The notes: generated by a model not told the origin, from the sequence alone. DNA of 55,298 nt from Patescibacteria group bacterium (GCA_018818425.1 JAHISB010000046.1:1-55298), one strand, 5' to 3'. Shown: positions 27,773-36,685, counted from the first letter of the stretch. Numbers and translations: made by a program.

Positions 27773-29835
27773 TTAAGCGCCGCGTTAACCCCGCCCTTAA
27801 AATCGTCTGCAAAGGGGGTAAAGCTGTTTTCTAAATTACCATATTGATCAAATATTTTTACTGCTGTTTCGCTATTTTTAGCTGAACTGATTATTATTTC
27901 CGTTAATTCATCGTCATCTATATTGCCTACAGCTTGATTGCAGCCCAGTTGGCCATCAGCCGGCGCAGACCACCGCTGCTCAATATCGCCGGCCGGAGAA
28001 AAAATTTTAACTTGGCAGTCTTTGCCGCTCTGCGGAGTGGTTATAATTTCGGTTCTTAAATCGCTGTGCAAATCAGCCGCGCTGACTTTAACTCCCCCGC
28101 CAAACTCCGGCTCGTAAGCAAAGAACTGTTTTAATAAAAAGCCCTGTTGGTTAAAAATTTTGACCAAAGGACTGCCGCCAGGGCCGGCGGCCGCCACTAT
28201 TTCCTTAATGCCGTCGGCATTGACATCGCTTAAAGCTAAATTTACTCCGCCATTAAAATTTATATCAAAAGCTAAAAAATCTTTTTCTAAATTACCCTGC
28301 AGATCAAAAATTTTTACTTGTGGTTGAAGATTGCCCTGGGGCGCCGTGATAATTTCTGGCTGGCCGTCGCCGTCAACATCGCCGGCCGCCACATTAACGC
28401 CTCCTGTAAAATCAAAGTTGTAGGCGAAAAACTGTCCTACAAGCTGGCCGTTGGCATCAAAAAGTCTTATGTGCGGACCGCCGCCAGCGCCGGCAGCCGT
28501 AATAATTTCCTTTTGACCGTCGGCATCCCAATCAGCAGCAGCTAAGCTCACTCCGCCGAGAAAGTTTTCATTATAAGCTAAAAACTCAAAATTCTTCTGC
28601 CCTAAACGATTAACCACCTGAACGGCGGGCAAATGCTGGCTCGCCGGACTGATAACTAAATTAACCTGGTCAGCCAAGCCGGCCACGGCCTTAATAACCT
28701 TATAGATATTTAATCTGCCGCCGCCCAGCCCGCCTTCATAAAAAGGGTTTTGTCCGTCAATATTGTCGGAACTGCTGATTATTAAATCATATATCTCCTG
28801 ATTAGTTAAATCGGGCCTTAGGGCTTTGGCTAAGGCGGCAGTGGCCGAAACTTGAGGCGTAGCCAGCGAGGTGCCTGACCAGTAACCGCCAAAATATTGA
28901 TTAAACTCCGGCATCACCGGTGAAAAAAACAAAGCGCTGTAAAAACCCTCGGCCGGAGCAAAAAGGTCAAGGCACTTTAAACCATAATTGGAAAAATTTG
29001 ATTTAACATCCTGATCGTTGACCGAACCAACGCCTAAAATATAATTATGGCCTTGGCCGCCGTCATGGCAGACCGGGTATTGCGGCTGTTCAGCTAAATC
29101 CAAACTCAAATCCTCGCCGCTCTCCCCGCTCATCTCGTTGCCGGCCGAAGCCACAATAACTATGCCCTGCTGATAGGCCTCTTCAATAACTTGGCTTAAC
29201 AAAGGATCAAAGGCACCGCCGATAATGCTTAAATTAATAATGTCTGCTCCTTTATCAATAGCATATTTAATAGCCAGATAGGCTAGATTGGTAGAACCAA
29301 CGCCCTCGCCGTCCATAACCCTTAGCGGCATGATTTTGATTTTCCAGGAAACACCCGTGAGGCCAAAATTATTATTGCCCACAGCTCCTATTACTCCGGC
29401 CACTATAGTGCCGTGATTAATGCCCAATTTAGAATACTGCCCGGCAAACTTAGGCCGGGGATCGGCAATATTTAAAACAAAATCCCAGCCCGCCGTATCA
29501 TCAATATAACCGTTGTTGTCGTTATCAACTCCGTCTTTAGGTATTTCATCGGGGTTATGCCAGATATTTTCGTATAGATCAGGATGTTCGATATCAACCC
29601 CGCTGTCAATTACCGCTACCACAACCTCCGGGCTGTCATGGATTATTCCCCAGGCCTCCGGAGCCGCCACTTGATCTAAATAATCCTGGCTCTCTAAATA
29701 GGTGTCGCTGGGATATAGTGATATTTGATATAAAAAATCTTCGCCGCGGGCATAACCCGATTTAACGGCCAAAATAAAAATAACAATTATAACTAAATTA
29801 ATTAAGCCGAGTGTTTTTCGAAAGCAAAAACTCAT
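27769..29835 (-). CDS. Secreted S8 (subtilisin-like) peptidase with C-terminal FG-GAP repeats
   Basis: VAVIDSG, HGTIVAG, ASAGN, SGTSLATP; repeated AAGDVDGDG..EII motifs; N-terminal signal/TM. Confidence 0.92.
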   Translation of the reverse strand: MSFCFRKTLGLINLVIIVIFILAVKSGYARGEDFLYQISLYPSDTYLESQDYLDQVAAPEAWGIIHDSPEVVVAVIDSGVDIEHPDLYENIWHNPDEIPKDGVDNDNNGYIDDTAGWDFVLNIADPRPKFAGQYSKLGINHGTIVAGVIGAVGNNNFGLTGVSWKIKIMPLRVMDGEGVGSTNLAYLAIKYAIDKGADIINLSIIGGAFDPLLSQVIEEAYQQGIVIVASAGNEMSGESGEDLSLDLAEQPQYPVCHDGGQGHNYILGVGSVNDQDVKSNFSNYGLKCLDLFAPAEGFYSALFFSPVMPEFNQYFGGYWSGTSLATPQVSATAALAKALRPDLTNQEIYDLIISSSDNIDGQNPFYEGGLGGGRLNIYKVIKAVAGLADQVNLVISPASQHLPAVQVVNRLGQKNFEFLAYNENFLGGVSLAAADWDADGQKEIITAAGAGGGPHIRLFDANGQLVGQFFAYNFDFTGGVNVAAGDVDGDGQPEIITAPQGNLQPQVKIFDLQGNLEKDFLAFDINFNGGVNLALSDVNADGIKEIVAAAGPGGSPLVKIFNQQGFLLKQFFAYEPEFGGGVKVSAADLHSDLRTEIITTPQSGKDCQVKIFSPAGDIEQRWSAPADGQLGCNQAVGNIDDDELTEIIISSAKNSETAVKIFDQYGNLENSFTPFADDFKGGVNAALK

Positions 29836-30530
29836 TGAGTATTTTGATCAAGCAAACTTTCAACGTATTCCATTCTCTCTAAAACATCTTGCTTATTCTC
29901 AAGGGGAATTTTACCTAATAAAACTTGCAGATACTTCAGGGCCTCTGAATAATTGCCGGTTTCTATTAAATAATCGGTAAAGGGCTGGAGCAGCTGATAA
30001 TCGTTATTGGTATTTTTAAGCCCTTCTAAATAAACCGATTTTATTTTATCCGATTTTTCAGTTAAGTAATTCTGATAAAGCTTAGTTAGATTATAATAGG
30101 TAAAAAAATAAACGTTGTTTATATCAACGGCCTTTAAAAAAGCTTCTTCGGCGTCTTCGTATAAGCCCAATTTAATATAAATATTGCCGATATTTAACCA
30201 GGGCGAACTGTTGGCGGGAATTATTTCCCAGGCCTTGGCAAAGTACTCAATGGCTTTGGAAGCATTGCCTAACTCTCTTTCAATGTTGCCTAAATCCATA
30301 TAAACCTCGTATTGATTGGGAAATAACTCAAGCATTTCAAAATCTTTAGCTTTTCTTTCCTCCAGTTCCTGAATTTTTTCCGGCGGAAGATTAACCTCTA
30401 AAAAATATTCCGGCTCGTTGCTAAATTGCCGCTTATTAAAGCTGAAAAAAATCGCCGCTATAGCCAATAAAGCAATTAATAATAGAGACAGAATTAAATA
30501 AATTTTTTTATTTTTAATTAATAGCTTCAT
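29832..30530 (-). CDS. Membrane-anchored TPR protein
   Basis: N-terminal TM; LGNI...LG....AIEYF..A and LG.YEDAEEAF.KA repeats. Confidence 0.8.
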   Translation of the reverse strand: MKLLIKNKKIYLILSLLLIALLAIAAIFFSFNKRQFSNEPEYFLEVNLPPEKIQELEERKAKDFEMLELFPNQYEVYMDLGNIERELGNASKAIEYFAKAWEIIPANSSPWLNIGNIYIKLGLYEDAEEAFLKAVDINNVYFFTYYNLTKLYQNYLTEKSDKIKSVYLEGLKNTNNDYQLLQPFTDYLIETGNYSEALKYLQVLLGKIPLENKQDVLERMEYVESLLDQNTQ

Positions 30531-32790
30531 CTTTTTGCTTTAAGATTTCTTGATATCTTGTATAAGCATGGCTGCTGGCTGCCGGCATAATCTCGGCCCA
30601 CTTTTGCAAAGTTGCTAAAGCTTGGTCATATTGCCCATCGGCCGCTAAAAGATCGATTAGATCGTTCCAATAATTAAAATTTTGCGGCTCTATGCTGGTA
30701 AGCTGTTCAAACAGATAAATTAATTTTTTAACATCTTGCTTTTCTTCGCAATAAGCTATAATATCCTGCATCTGGCTCACCGCCATAAACTGATACCCCG
30801 AATCAATCAGCTTATCGTACTGTTCGTGCACTTTATCCAGATTACCCATATTTTTATAGACCACCGCTAAATAGTAATAAGTTTGAGACAATCTATCATT
30901 TATTTCAACGGCCTGGTTTAAATACTCTAAAGCCTTTTCGGGCTGATTGCCGAATAAATAAAGCTGGGCTAAAGTCCATACCGGCCTAAGCCTGCCCGGG
31001 CTTAATTCATTGGCCTTTTTAGCAAATTTTATTCCCTGATTAAGATACTCTATTTGGGGCGATAGTTCCAGTAATAAAGAGTAATTCCTGGACTGAATAT
31101 AATAAAGAAACATATTATTAGGATCTAGTTCAATAGCTTTATCCATCCACTCAATGGCTGTTTGCAAATCCTCGATCTCTTTCTCCTGCGGAGCAATTTC
31201 CATATTCATGCCTATCATTTCATTAAGAGAAGTGGAAAGAAGTATGGCCGGATCTATTTTATTGACGGTTATATTATAGACCAGGCGATAGCCGTCTACT
31301 GATTCAGTATACTTATTAAGTTTTCCATTAATAAAAGCATCGTAAACATAGATATTAGCTTTAACCTCCGGCAAGTTAACGGTGAAAAATAAAATACTAA
31401 ATCCTACAACAACCAGGGGGATAGATAAGTATGGTGAAATTTTTAAATTTTGAAAAACTCTTTTACCAGGCAACACTTCGGCGCTCTCTTGATTATTCGA
31501 ATAAATAAAGGCAATAAAGGCCAGTAGTAAATAAAAAGGTATTAAACTATTCAATGAATCAAAGACAAAAATATTTTGGAAGAAATAACTAAAAAATAAA
31601 AGAAATAAAACAATAAAGGTAGCTGAAGACATCCTGTTTCGGCCGTGCAAATCATAAAGGTAATAAAATATTATTCCAAAAATAGCTAAATACAGCAAGA
31701 GTCCAAAAATTCCCATAGTCGCTGCCATATCAACTAAAGTATTATGAGCGCGGTCGAACCACACTTCGTTGCCTGAATAGTCATAAAAATCTCCTTCAAA
31801 ATACTGGCTGAAAACTATCTGATAATTCTCCGGGCCAACGCCCAGCAATAAATTATCCCTAAAACCCTTTAAGCCCCAGTTCCAGGCATGGAGCCGCGTT
31901 TGCACAGTACTATCGTTTAAGGAATAGCTTGTTAATCGTCTTAACCAATAGTTTCCCTCAACAAAATTGGTTGATCTCAATGAATACAAAATACCGACTA
32001 AAATCAATAAAATTACGCTGCCGACAACTAAAATCTTTATGGCCTTCTGCTTCCAAACTTTTAGCCATAAAGCGATGATAATAAAAGCCGGCAAAGAAAA
32101 GAAAAGAGCTAACAAAGCGCCTCTGGTGCCGGTTAAAATAAGGACAATAAAATCTAAAATAAATATTGAAAGATAATAAAGCTTCCATTTTAAACCGGCT
32201 TTTTCCACTATAAACAATAAAGCAACAAACAAATGAAAGAGCATGTAAGAGGCCAGATAAGCGGCATTGCCAACAGTTCCGTTAACCCTTTCCAGGCCTG
32301 ATTGAAAAGTAAAGGATAAGCCCAGTCTTTGGCTCAAAGAATATAAGCCGATTAGTAAACTGACGAATAAAGTGGCATTCAAAATTATGTTCCAGACTTT
32401 TTTATTATTAAAAACAGAAGCTAAAACTATAAACCAGACAAAATAATGCAAATAATTAAAGGTGCCAAACATTCTCTCCCAATTGCCCCACCAGCTTCTG
32501 GCAAAGCCCTGGCCGGTAAAGGTGGTTAGCAGCATTACCGCAAAAAAGGCGGAAACGGCCCAAATTAGAACTGATTTTTTAGGACGATACTCCGGCTTAA
32601 ATAAAGCTAAAATAAGATAAGCGCCAAAAACTGCCTCTATCAATATTCTTAGAATTAATGTCTTCTGAATTATATAAGGAAAATATGAATGAGGAATAAC
32701 AATCAAGGGCGCTAAAACAACTAAAAGACTGCCGCCGATTATGATAAGCTTTAATATTTTCTCTAAAAGATTATTGTTAACTTGTGACAT
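30514..32790 (-). CDS. O-antigen ligase / O-oligosaccharyltransferase-like protein with C-terminal TPRs
   Basis: RVNGTVGNAAYLA, TGTRGA, R...W, LGVGPENY, DRAHN; ATG 32790 preferred since the extension is encoded by a repeat. Confidence 0.88.
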   Translation of the reverse strand: MSQVNNNLLEKILKLIIIGGSLLVVLAPLIVIPHSYFPYIIQKTLILRILIEAVFGAYLILALFKPEYRPKKSVLIWAVSAFFAVMLLTTFTGQGFARSWWGNWERMFGTFNYLHYFVWFIVLASVFNNKKVWNIILNATLFVSLLIGLYSLSQRLGLSFTFQSGLERVNGTVGNAAYLASYMLFHLFVALLFIVEKAGLKWKLYYLSIFILDFIVLILTGTRGALLALFFSLPAFIIIALWLKVWKQKAIKILVVGSVILLILVGILYSLRSTNFVEGNYWLRRLTSYSLNDSTVQTRLHAWNWGLKGFRDNLLLGVGPENYQIVFSQYFEGDFYDYSGNEVWFDRAHNTLVDMAATMGIFGLLLYLAIFGIIFYYLYDLHGRNRMSSATFIVLFLLFFSYFFQNIFVFDSLNSLIPFYLLLAFIAFIYSNNQESAEVLPGKRVFQNLKISPYLSIPLVVVGFSILFFTVNLPEVKANIYVYDAFINGKLNKYTESVDGYRLVYNITVNKIDPAILLSTSLNEMIGMNMEIAPQEKEIEDLQTAIEWMDKAIELDPNNMFLYYIQSRNYSLLLELSPQIEYLNQGIKFAKKANELSPGRLRPVWTLAQLYLFGNQPEKALEYLNQAVEINDRLSQTYYYLAVVYKNMGNLDKVHEQYDKLIDSGYQFMAVSQMQDIIAYCEEKQDVKKLIYLFEQLTSIEPQNFNYWNDLIDLLAADGQYDQALATLQKWAEIMPAASSHAYTRYQEILKQKDEAIN

Positions 32791-32796
32791 AATGTT

Positions 32797-32885
32797 AAGG
32801 ATTGAGGATTTCGGCCAAAGGCCGACCTGGGCCAAAGCCCATAGACCTATGGCTCGAAGCCTTTGGCTGGAAGGATTGAGGATTT
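32797..32885. repeat. REP-like hairpin copy 2 with a 30-nt nested insert, flanked by a 15-bp direct repeat
   Basis: aaggattgaggattt [cggccaaaggccgacc tgggccaaagcccatagacctatggctcga agcctttggctgg] aaggattgaggattt. Confidence 0.85.
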
Positions 32886-32893
32886 ATAATAAT

Positions 32894-32922
32894 ATACTAC
32901 TTCAATCTAAAATATTTTTCAA
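32894..32922 (-). promoter_or_regulatory. Putative sigma70 promoter of the ligase-TPR-S8 operon
   Basis: Minus strand TTGAAA-N17-TAGTAT. Confidence 0.4.
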
Positions 32923-32975
32923 CCCCTATTTAAGGGTTTACTTGATCTCTGATATTCGCCTATGATTAAGATGCC

Positions 32976-33003
32976 TTGAAAAATAATAGATTATCAGTAT
33001 AAT
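32976..33003 (+). promoter_or_regulatory. Putative promoter of the sugar transferase
   Basis: TTGAAA-N16-TATAAT; an in-frame ATG lies 7 nt downstream at 33011. Confidence 0.55.
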
Positions 33004-34378
33004 GAAGTATATGAATCAATTTTGGGCTAAAATAAACAAATTTATTCTGTTTTTCGGCGATATAGGGCTATTTTACCTTAGTCTTTGGCTGACCCTGGTT
33101 TTACGATACGGAATTAATTACCAGCCGGAGATTTGGATGATGCATTGGCCCGTTTTCACCCGGCTCTTTATTTTATGGTTTATTATATTTTATGCTTTTA
33201 ATCTCTATAATTTATCGGCCTGCAAAAATAACTGGTATTTTTATAACAATTACTTAAAGGCCTTAATCATAAATATTTCCTTGGGCGTCTTGTATTTTTA
33301 TCTCTTTTCTCCCGTTACTGCTATCAGCCCTAAAACTAATCTGATAATCTTAGGCCTGGTTTTTTCCCTGATCTTCTTTCTGTGGCGCAAATTAGTGTTG
33401 GAATTATTTAACTTAAAAAAACTATATCAAAATCTTTTATTTATCGGCTACGAACCTTTAATAAAAGAACTGCTGCCTAAAAACGGCAAACAGCAGCGCT
33501 TTGGCTTCAACTATAAAGGAATTGTCACCGACCAGGCCATGACTGACCCAGCCATAGATCTCGCTCAATACCGTTTTAATGAACTTGATGAGATTATTAA
33601 AAGAGAAAAGATAAATTTACTGGTTATCAATGAGCCGGAAAATGAAAAAATTACCAATCAACTTTTCCAGGTTCTGCCATTAAAAGTAAATTTTATCAGC
33701 TTATCTAACTTTTATGAAACAAACACTGACCGCGTTCCTTTAAAAATAATCAATCGCGGCTGGTTTTTAGATAACTTTTCGGAAGGAGACAGGTCTCTTT
33801 TTGAAACCGCCAAACGATTTTTTGACATCATCTTTTCTGTTATTTTCGGCCTATGGTCGCTTATTTTGATTCCTTTTATTGTTCTGTTTATAAATTTAGA
33901 CAGCAAGGGTAAAATTATCTTCAAACAAATACGTACCGGCAAAGACGGAAAGCCGTTCACCGCTCTAAAATTTAGAACTATGTATAAAAATGCCGAACAG
34001 AATGGCGCCGTCTGGGCCGAAGAAAACGACCCCCGCATAACCAAGGCTGGCAGATTCTTAAGAAATACCCGCTTAGATGAAATTCCCCAGCTTTGGAATA
34101 TTCTTAAAGGCGAAATGAGTTTTGTCGGCCCCAGGCCCGAACGGCCGGAATTTATTGATGAGCTAAAAGAAAAAATTCCTTTTTACAAAGAACGCCTATT
34201 GGTTAAGCCCGGACTAACCGGCTGGGCGCAGATTAACTTTCCTTACGCTTCAAGCGTAGAAGACAGCTTAAAAAAACTGCAATACGATTTATACTACATT
34301 AAACACCGCTCTCTGCTTTTAGATGCCGGTATTATTATCAAAACCATTGCGACGGTTTTAAGCAGTGGGGGGAGGTAA
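33002..34378 (+). CDS. Polyprenyl-phosphate phosphoglycosyl transferase (WcaJ/WbaP family); true start may be 33011
   Basis: KRFFDI, KFRTM, NDPRIT..G.FLR.TRLDEIPQLWN, GEMSFVGPRPE, KPGLTGWAQ. Confidence 0.94.
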   Translation: MKYMNQFWAKINKFILFFGDIGLFYLSLWLTLVLRYGINYQPEIWMMHWPVFTRLFILWFIIFYAFNLYNLSACKNNWYFYNNYLKALIINISLGVLYFYLFSPVTAISPKTNLIILGLVFSLIFFLWRKLVLELFNLKKLYQNLLFIGYEPLIKELLPKNGKQQRFGFNYKGIVTDQAMTDPAIDLAQYRFNELDEIIKREKINLLVINEPENEKITNQLFQVLPLKVNFISLSNFYETNTDRVPLKIINRGWFLDNFSEGDRSLFETAKRFFDIIFSVIFGLWSLILIPFIVLFINLDSKGKIIFKQIRTGKDGKPFTALKFRTMYKNAEQNGAVWAEENDPRITKAGRFLRNTRLDEIPQLWNILKGEMSFVGPRPERPEFIDELKEKIPFYKERLLVKPGLTGWAQINFPYASSVEDSLKKLQYDLYYIKHRSLLLDAGIIIKTIATVLSSGGR

Positions 34379-34408
34379 AACCCGCACCTTGAGAAGGCTC
34401 TGGATTTA
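34376..34408. repeat. Short inverted-repeat element of the TAAATCCAGCACCTT family, copy 1
   Basis: taaaacccgcacctt-gag-aaggctctggattta; each arm matches taaatccagcacctt at 13/15. Confidence 0.5.
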
Positions 34409-34609
34409 ATTACTGACCAGAGAGCCGCAATTTTTGCTTACGGTCCGGTAATGCTAACTGGAGCGGTCTTGACGGCTCAGTTATTGAAAAAGAAAAAAAT
34501 GGATTTGGCGGTGTTCAATTTGCTTTGGCTTAATACAATTGATGCCGACTGATTGCTTAATGTGACTAAACCTTTCAAAATCATTTTTACTTTAGATGAC
34601 CATTATTAA
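34409..34609 (+). pseudogene. Transketolase C-terminal domain fragment
   Basis: Translates ITDQRAAIFAYGPVMLTGAVLTAQLLKKKKMDLAVFNLLWLNTIDAD*LLNVTKPFKIIFTLDDHY*; internal TGA at 34550. Confidence 0.65.
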
Positions 34610-34624
34610 CTAACAGTTAAAGTC

Positions 34625-34796
34625 TTAAGGTATTTCCACTTTGAATGAATCTTCAATTTTTTTACTTTCAAAATGGTGCTAATATACTCCTGAATCATCT
34701 TGGTGGTTACATTGCCTGATGAAACCACAAAATAGCCCCACTGACCCAGAAGTGCTGACCCCAACATTTCTTTTTCAGTTTAGGAAACCCCAACAT
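34625..34796 (-). pseudogene. tnpA: IS200/IS605-family TnpA (Y1 HUH transposase) C-terminal remnant with two frameshifts
   Basis: FPKLKKKCWGQHFW / GYFVVSSGNVTTKMIQEYI / HHFESKKIEDSFKVEIP* across shifted frames. Confidence 0.85.
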
Positions 34797-34847
34797 ACTG
34801 AAGTTATCGCTTGAAGGCGAGAGAAATCACCATCACAAAGATGGGAC

Positions 34848-34876
34848 TTTATATTTTCAAACGCGTAACTTCTGTT
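34848..34876. repeat. 29-bp dispersed motif copy 1 (..GCGTAACTTCTGTT)
   Basis: 25/29 identical to 52425-52453, same orientation. Confidence 0.7.
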
Positions 34877-34881
34877 TATTA

Positions 34882-35604
34882 TTATAAATCATAGCCCTTT
34901 TGTCTTAATTTTTTAATCATCCATTCTGCCTTAAACCAATCAAATTCGCTGTCAATATCAATTGAACGTTCTTCAGGGACTAAATAAGGAACCATATAAT
35001 CTCCATACTCACGATTTTTTAAAATTAAATTATCACGTTTTAAGGCATAACAAGCGCCACTTCTTTTATAGGCTTTGGGGAAAAATTGGCGTGGTAAACC
35101 TTCTGGCTCTTGAAGGCTAAATGGAGTGACTCGTCCATCTTTAATTTTTTTCATCTTTAAGGGATGGTTATCACTAACTTCAACCATAGTCATTGAAGAA
35201 TCGGCGTCAGTATCAGTTAAAGCCTGAATACAGCCATCAATATCTTTGGGTAATCTAAGGGGGGAGGTTGGTTGTAATTTAATTACATAATCAAACTTGA
35301 TATTTAGACGTTTTTCCATCTCATTGACTGCGTGCTGTAAAACTGGCAAGTGTTTTGTATCATCTTGAGCAAGTTCTTTTGGCCTTACAAAAGGGATATC
35401 AATACCGTATTTTTTAGATACTTCAATAATCATTGCATCATCAGTTGATAAAATAAGGTGCGTTATTAATTTTGATTTTTTAGCAACTTCAATAGTATAA
35501 GCTATGAGCGGCTTACCTCCCAATAATTTAATATTTTTCCCTGGTATTCCCTTTGAACCGCCACGAGCAGTTATAACGCCTAAAATCAACTTTTTTTTAT
35601 TCAT
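34882..35604 (-). CDS. neuA: CMP-nonulosonic acid synthetase (acylneuraminate cytidylyltransferase)
   Basis: ARGGSKGIPGKN, RPKELAQD, LQPTSPLR, SIDIDSEFD. Confidence 0.93.
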   Translation of the reverse strand: MNKKKLILGVITARGGSKGIPGKNIKLLGGKPLIAYTIEVAKKSKLITHLILSTDDAMIIEVSKKYGIDIPFVRPKELAQDDTKHLPVLQHAVNEMEKRLNIKFDYVIKLQPTSPLRLPKDIDGCIQALTDTDADSSMTMVEVSDNHPLKMKKIKDGRVTPFSLQEPEGLPRQFFPKAYKRSGACYALKRDNLILKNREYGDYMVPYLVPEERSIDIDSEFDWFKAEWMIKKLRQKGYDL

Positions 35605-35622
35605 AATGCTGTTCTTAATAAT

Positions 35623-35703
35623 AAGTCAGATGCCCGCCCGTCAAAGGCGATGTCTTGATGAGTGGGATCGCCTCAAAGGCGATCCCACTCATCGTGGATA
35701 GTT
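35623..35703. mobile_element. About 80-bp palindromic mini-element copy 1, IS200/IS605-end-like
   Basis: Perfect 17-bp stem gatgagtgggatcgcct-caa-aggcgatcccactcatc (35657-35693); homologous to 55160-55238. Confidence 0.65.
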
Positions 35704-35710
35704 AATTGAA

Positions 35711-36685
35711 TTAATATTTCTTTAGTTCTCTCTCGTCCCAATTATTTATCCAATCTGCTCCCAACTTATAGGCAAATCTCCCACAATAATAATCTCGGTT
35801 AAGCATCTCTTGATAAGTTGGTTTGAGCTGATTAGTACCAATTATTTCCCCCCAGTCGGTAATTTCTTTTTCTAAAATTTGTCGTTGCTCTTCTATAGTT
35901 AAAGTAAAAAAATCCTTAAGTTCTCTTAAATGCTTGGGATTTATTGAAATAGGCCCATCCTTTGTTTCATTACTGGCAAGGATAGTAAAATGCCTTTCAA
36001 TTAAATCAGCTCCCAGTAAAGAAGCTACTTTTGCGGCTTTCAAACCATCCCCCTCAACATTAGTATGATCAGACCAGCCCACAAATTCAGATAATTTTTT
36101 TAACCAGGACATTCGAGCTAAATTACACATATCCAGAGAATTTGGATAACAAGTCACACAATGTAATAAAGTTATTTTCTTTCCTTTATTTTTTACTATT
36201 TGCACTGTTGTGGCAATTTCTTCATCATAAGTAGCTCCAACCGAAACTATCAGGTGATCAAAAACATCGCAAAGCTCTCTTATCATGGCATAGCTCGCGC
36301 AATCGTAACTAGCTACTTTTACGATTTTTTCAGGCCAAGGGAGTTTCGAAGCAAACTCTATTCTATTTCGAGAAAATATCGTTACCAGCGGCACTACATT
36401 ATTTTTCATCGACTCATCAACAAACCACTTATAATCATCCTCGGTTAAATCTAATCCCTTCAATCGGTCATATTCCGCCTGGTAGGGTCGTTTAATTGTT
36501 TTTATAACACCGTCGTTTGTTATGCAACCGTCTTCAAATCTTTCACGAAAAGTTAAATCTTCGGAAAAAATTATTTGCCCTTTAACATAATCCGCGCCAG
36601 CAGTTGCAGCTTCTTTTATCATTCGACCGAGGATTTCCCTTTTACCTAAATGATTTTGGCATAATTCAACAATTATTTTTGTCAT
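35711..36685 (-). CDS. NeuB-family nonulosonate synthase, divergent, apparently without a SAF domain
   Basis: ELCQNH.G, GADYVKGQ, KVASYD, LLHCVTCYP, GWSDHT, IERHFT. Confidence 0.85.
   Translation of the reverse strand: MTKIIVELCQNHLGKREILGRMIKEAATAGADYVKGQIIFSEDLTFRERFEDGCITNDGVIKTIKRPYQAEYDRLKGLDLTEDDYKWFVDESMKNNVVPLVTIFSRNRIEFASKLPWPEKIVKVASYDCASYAMIRELCDVFDHLIVSVGATYDEEIATTVQIVKNKGKKITLLHCVTCYPNSLDMCNLARMSWLKKLSEFVGWSDHTNVEGDGLKAAKVASLLGADLIERHFTILASNETKDGPISINPKHLRELKDFFTLTIEEQRQILEKEITDWGEIIGTNQLKPTYQEMLNRDYYCGRFAYKLGADWINNWDERELKKY

Noticed and set aside
32791-32835. N-terminal extensions in the ORF track (also 4950-4964, 5906-5950, 24225-24245, 55156-55227)
   Set aside because: They are encoded by repeat elements; downstream ATGs match the expected family starts.
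34550-34552. In-frame TGA as evidence of stop-codon recoding or readthrough (fragment is in frame with the upstream sugar transferase)
   Set aside because: TGA terminates many intact genes here, and the fragment is truncated at both ends; pseudogene decay is simpler.
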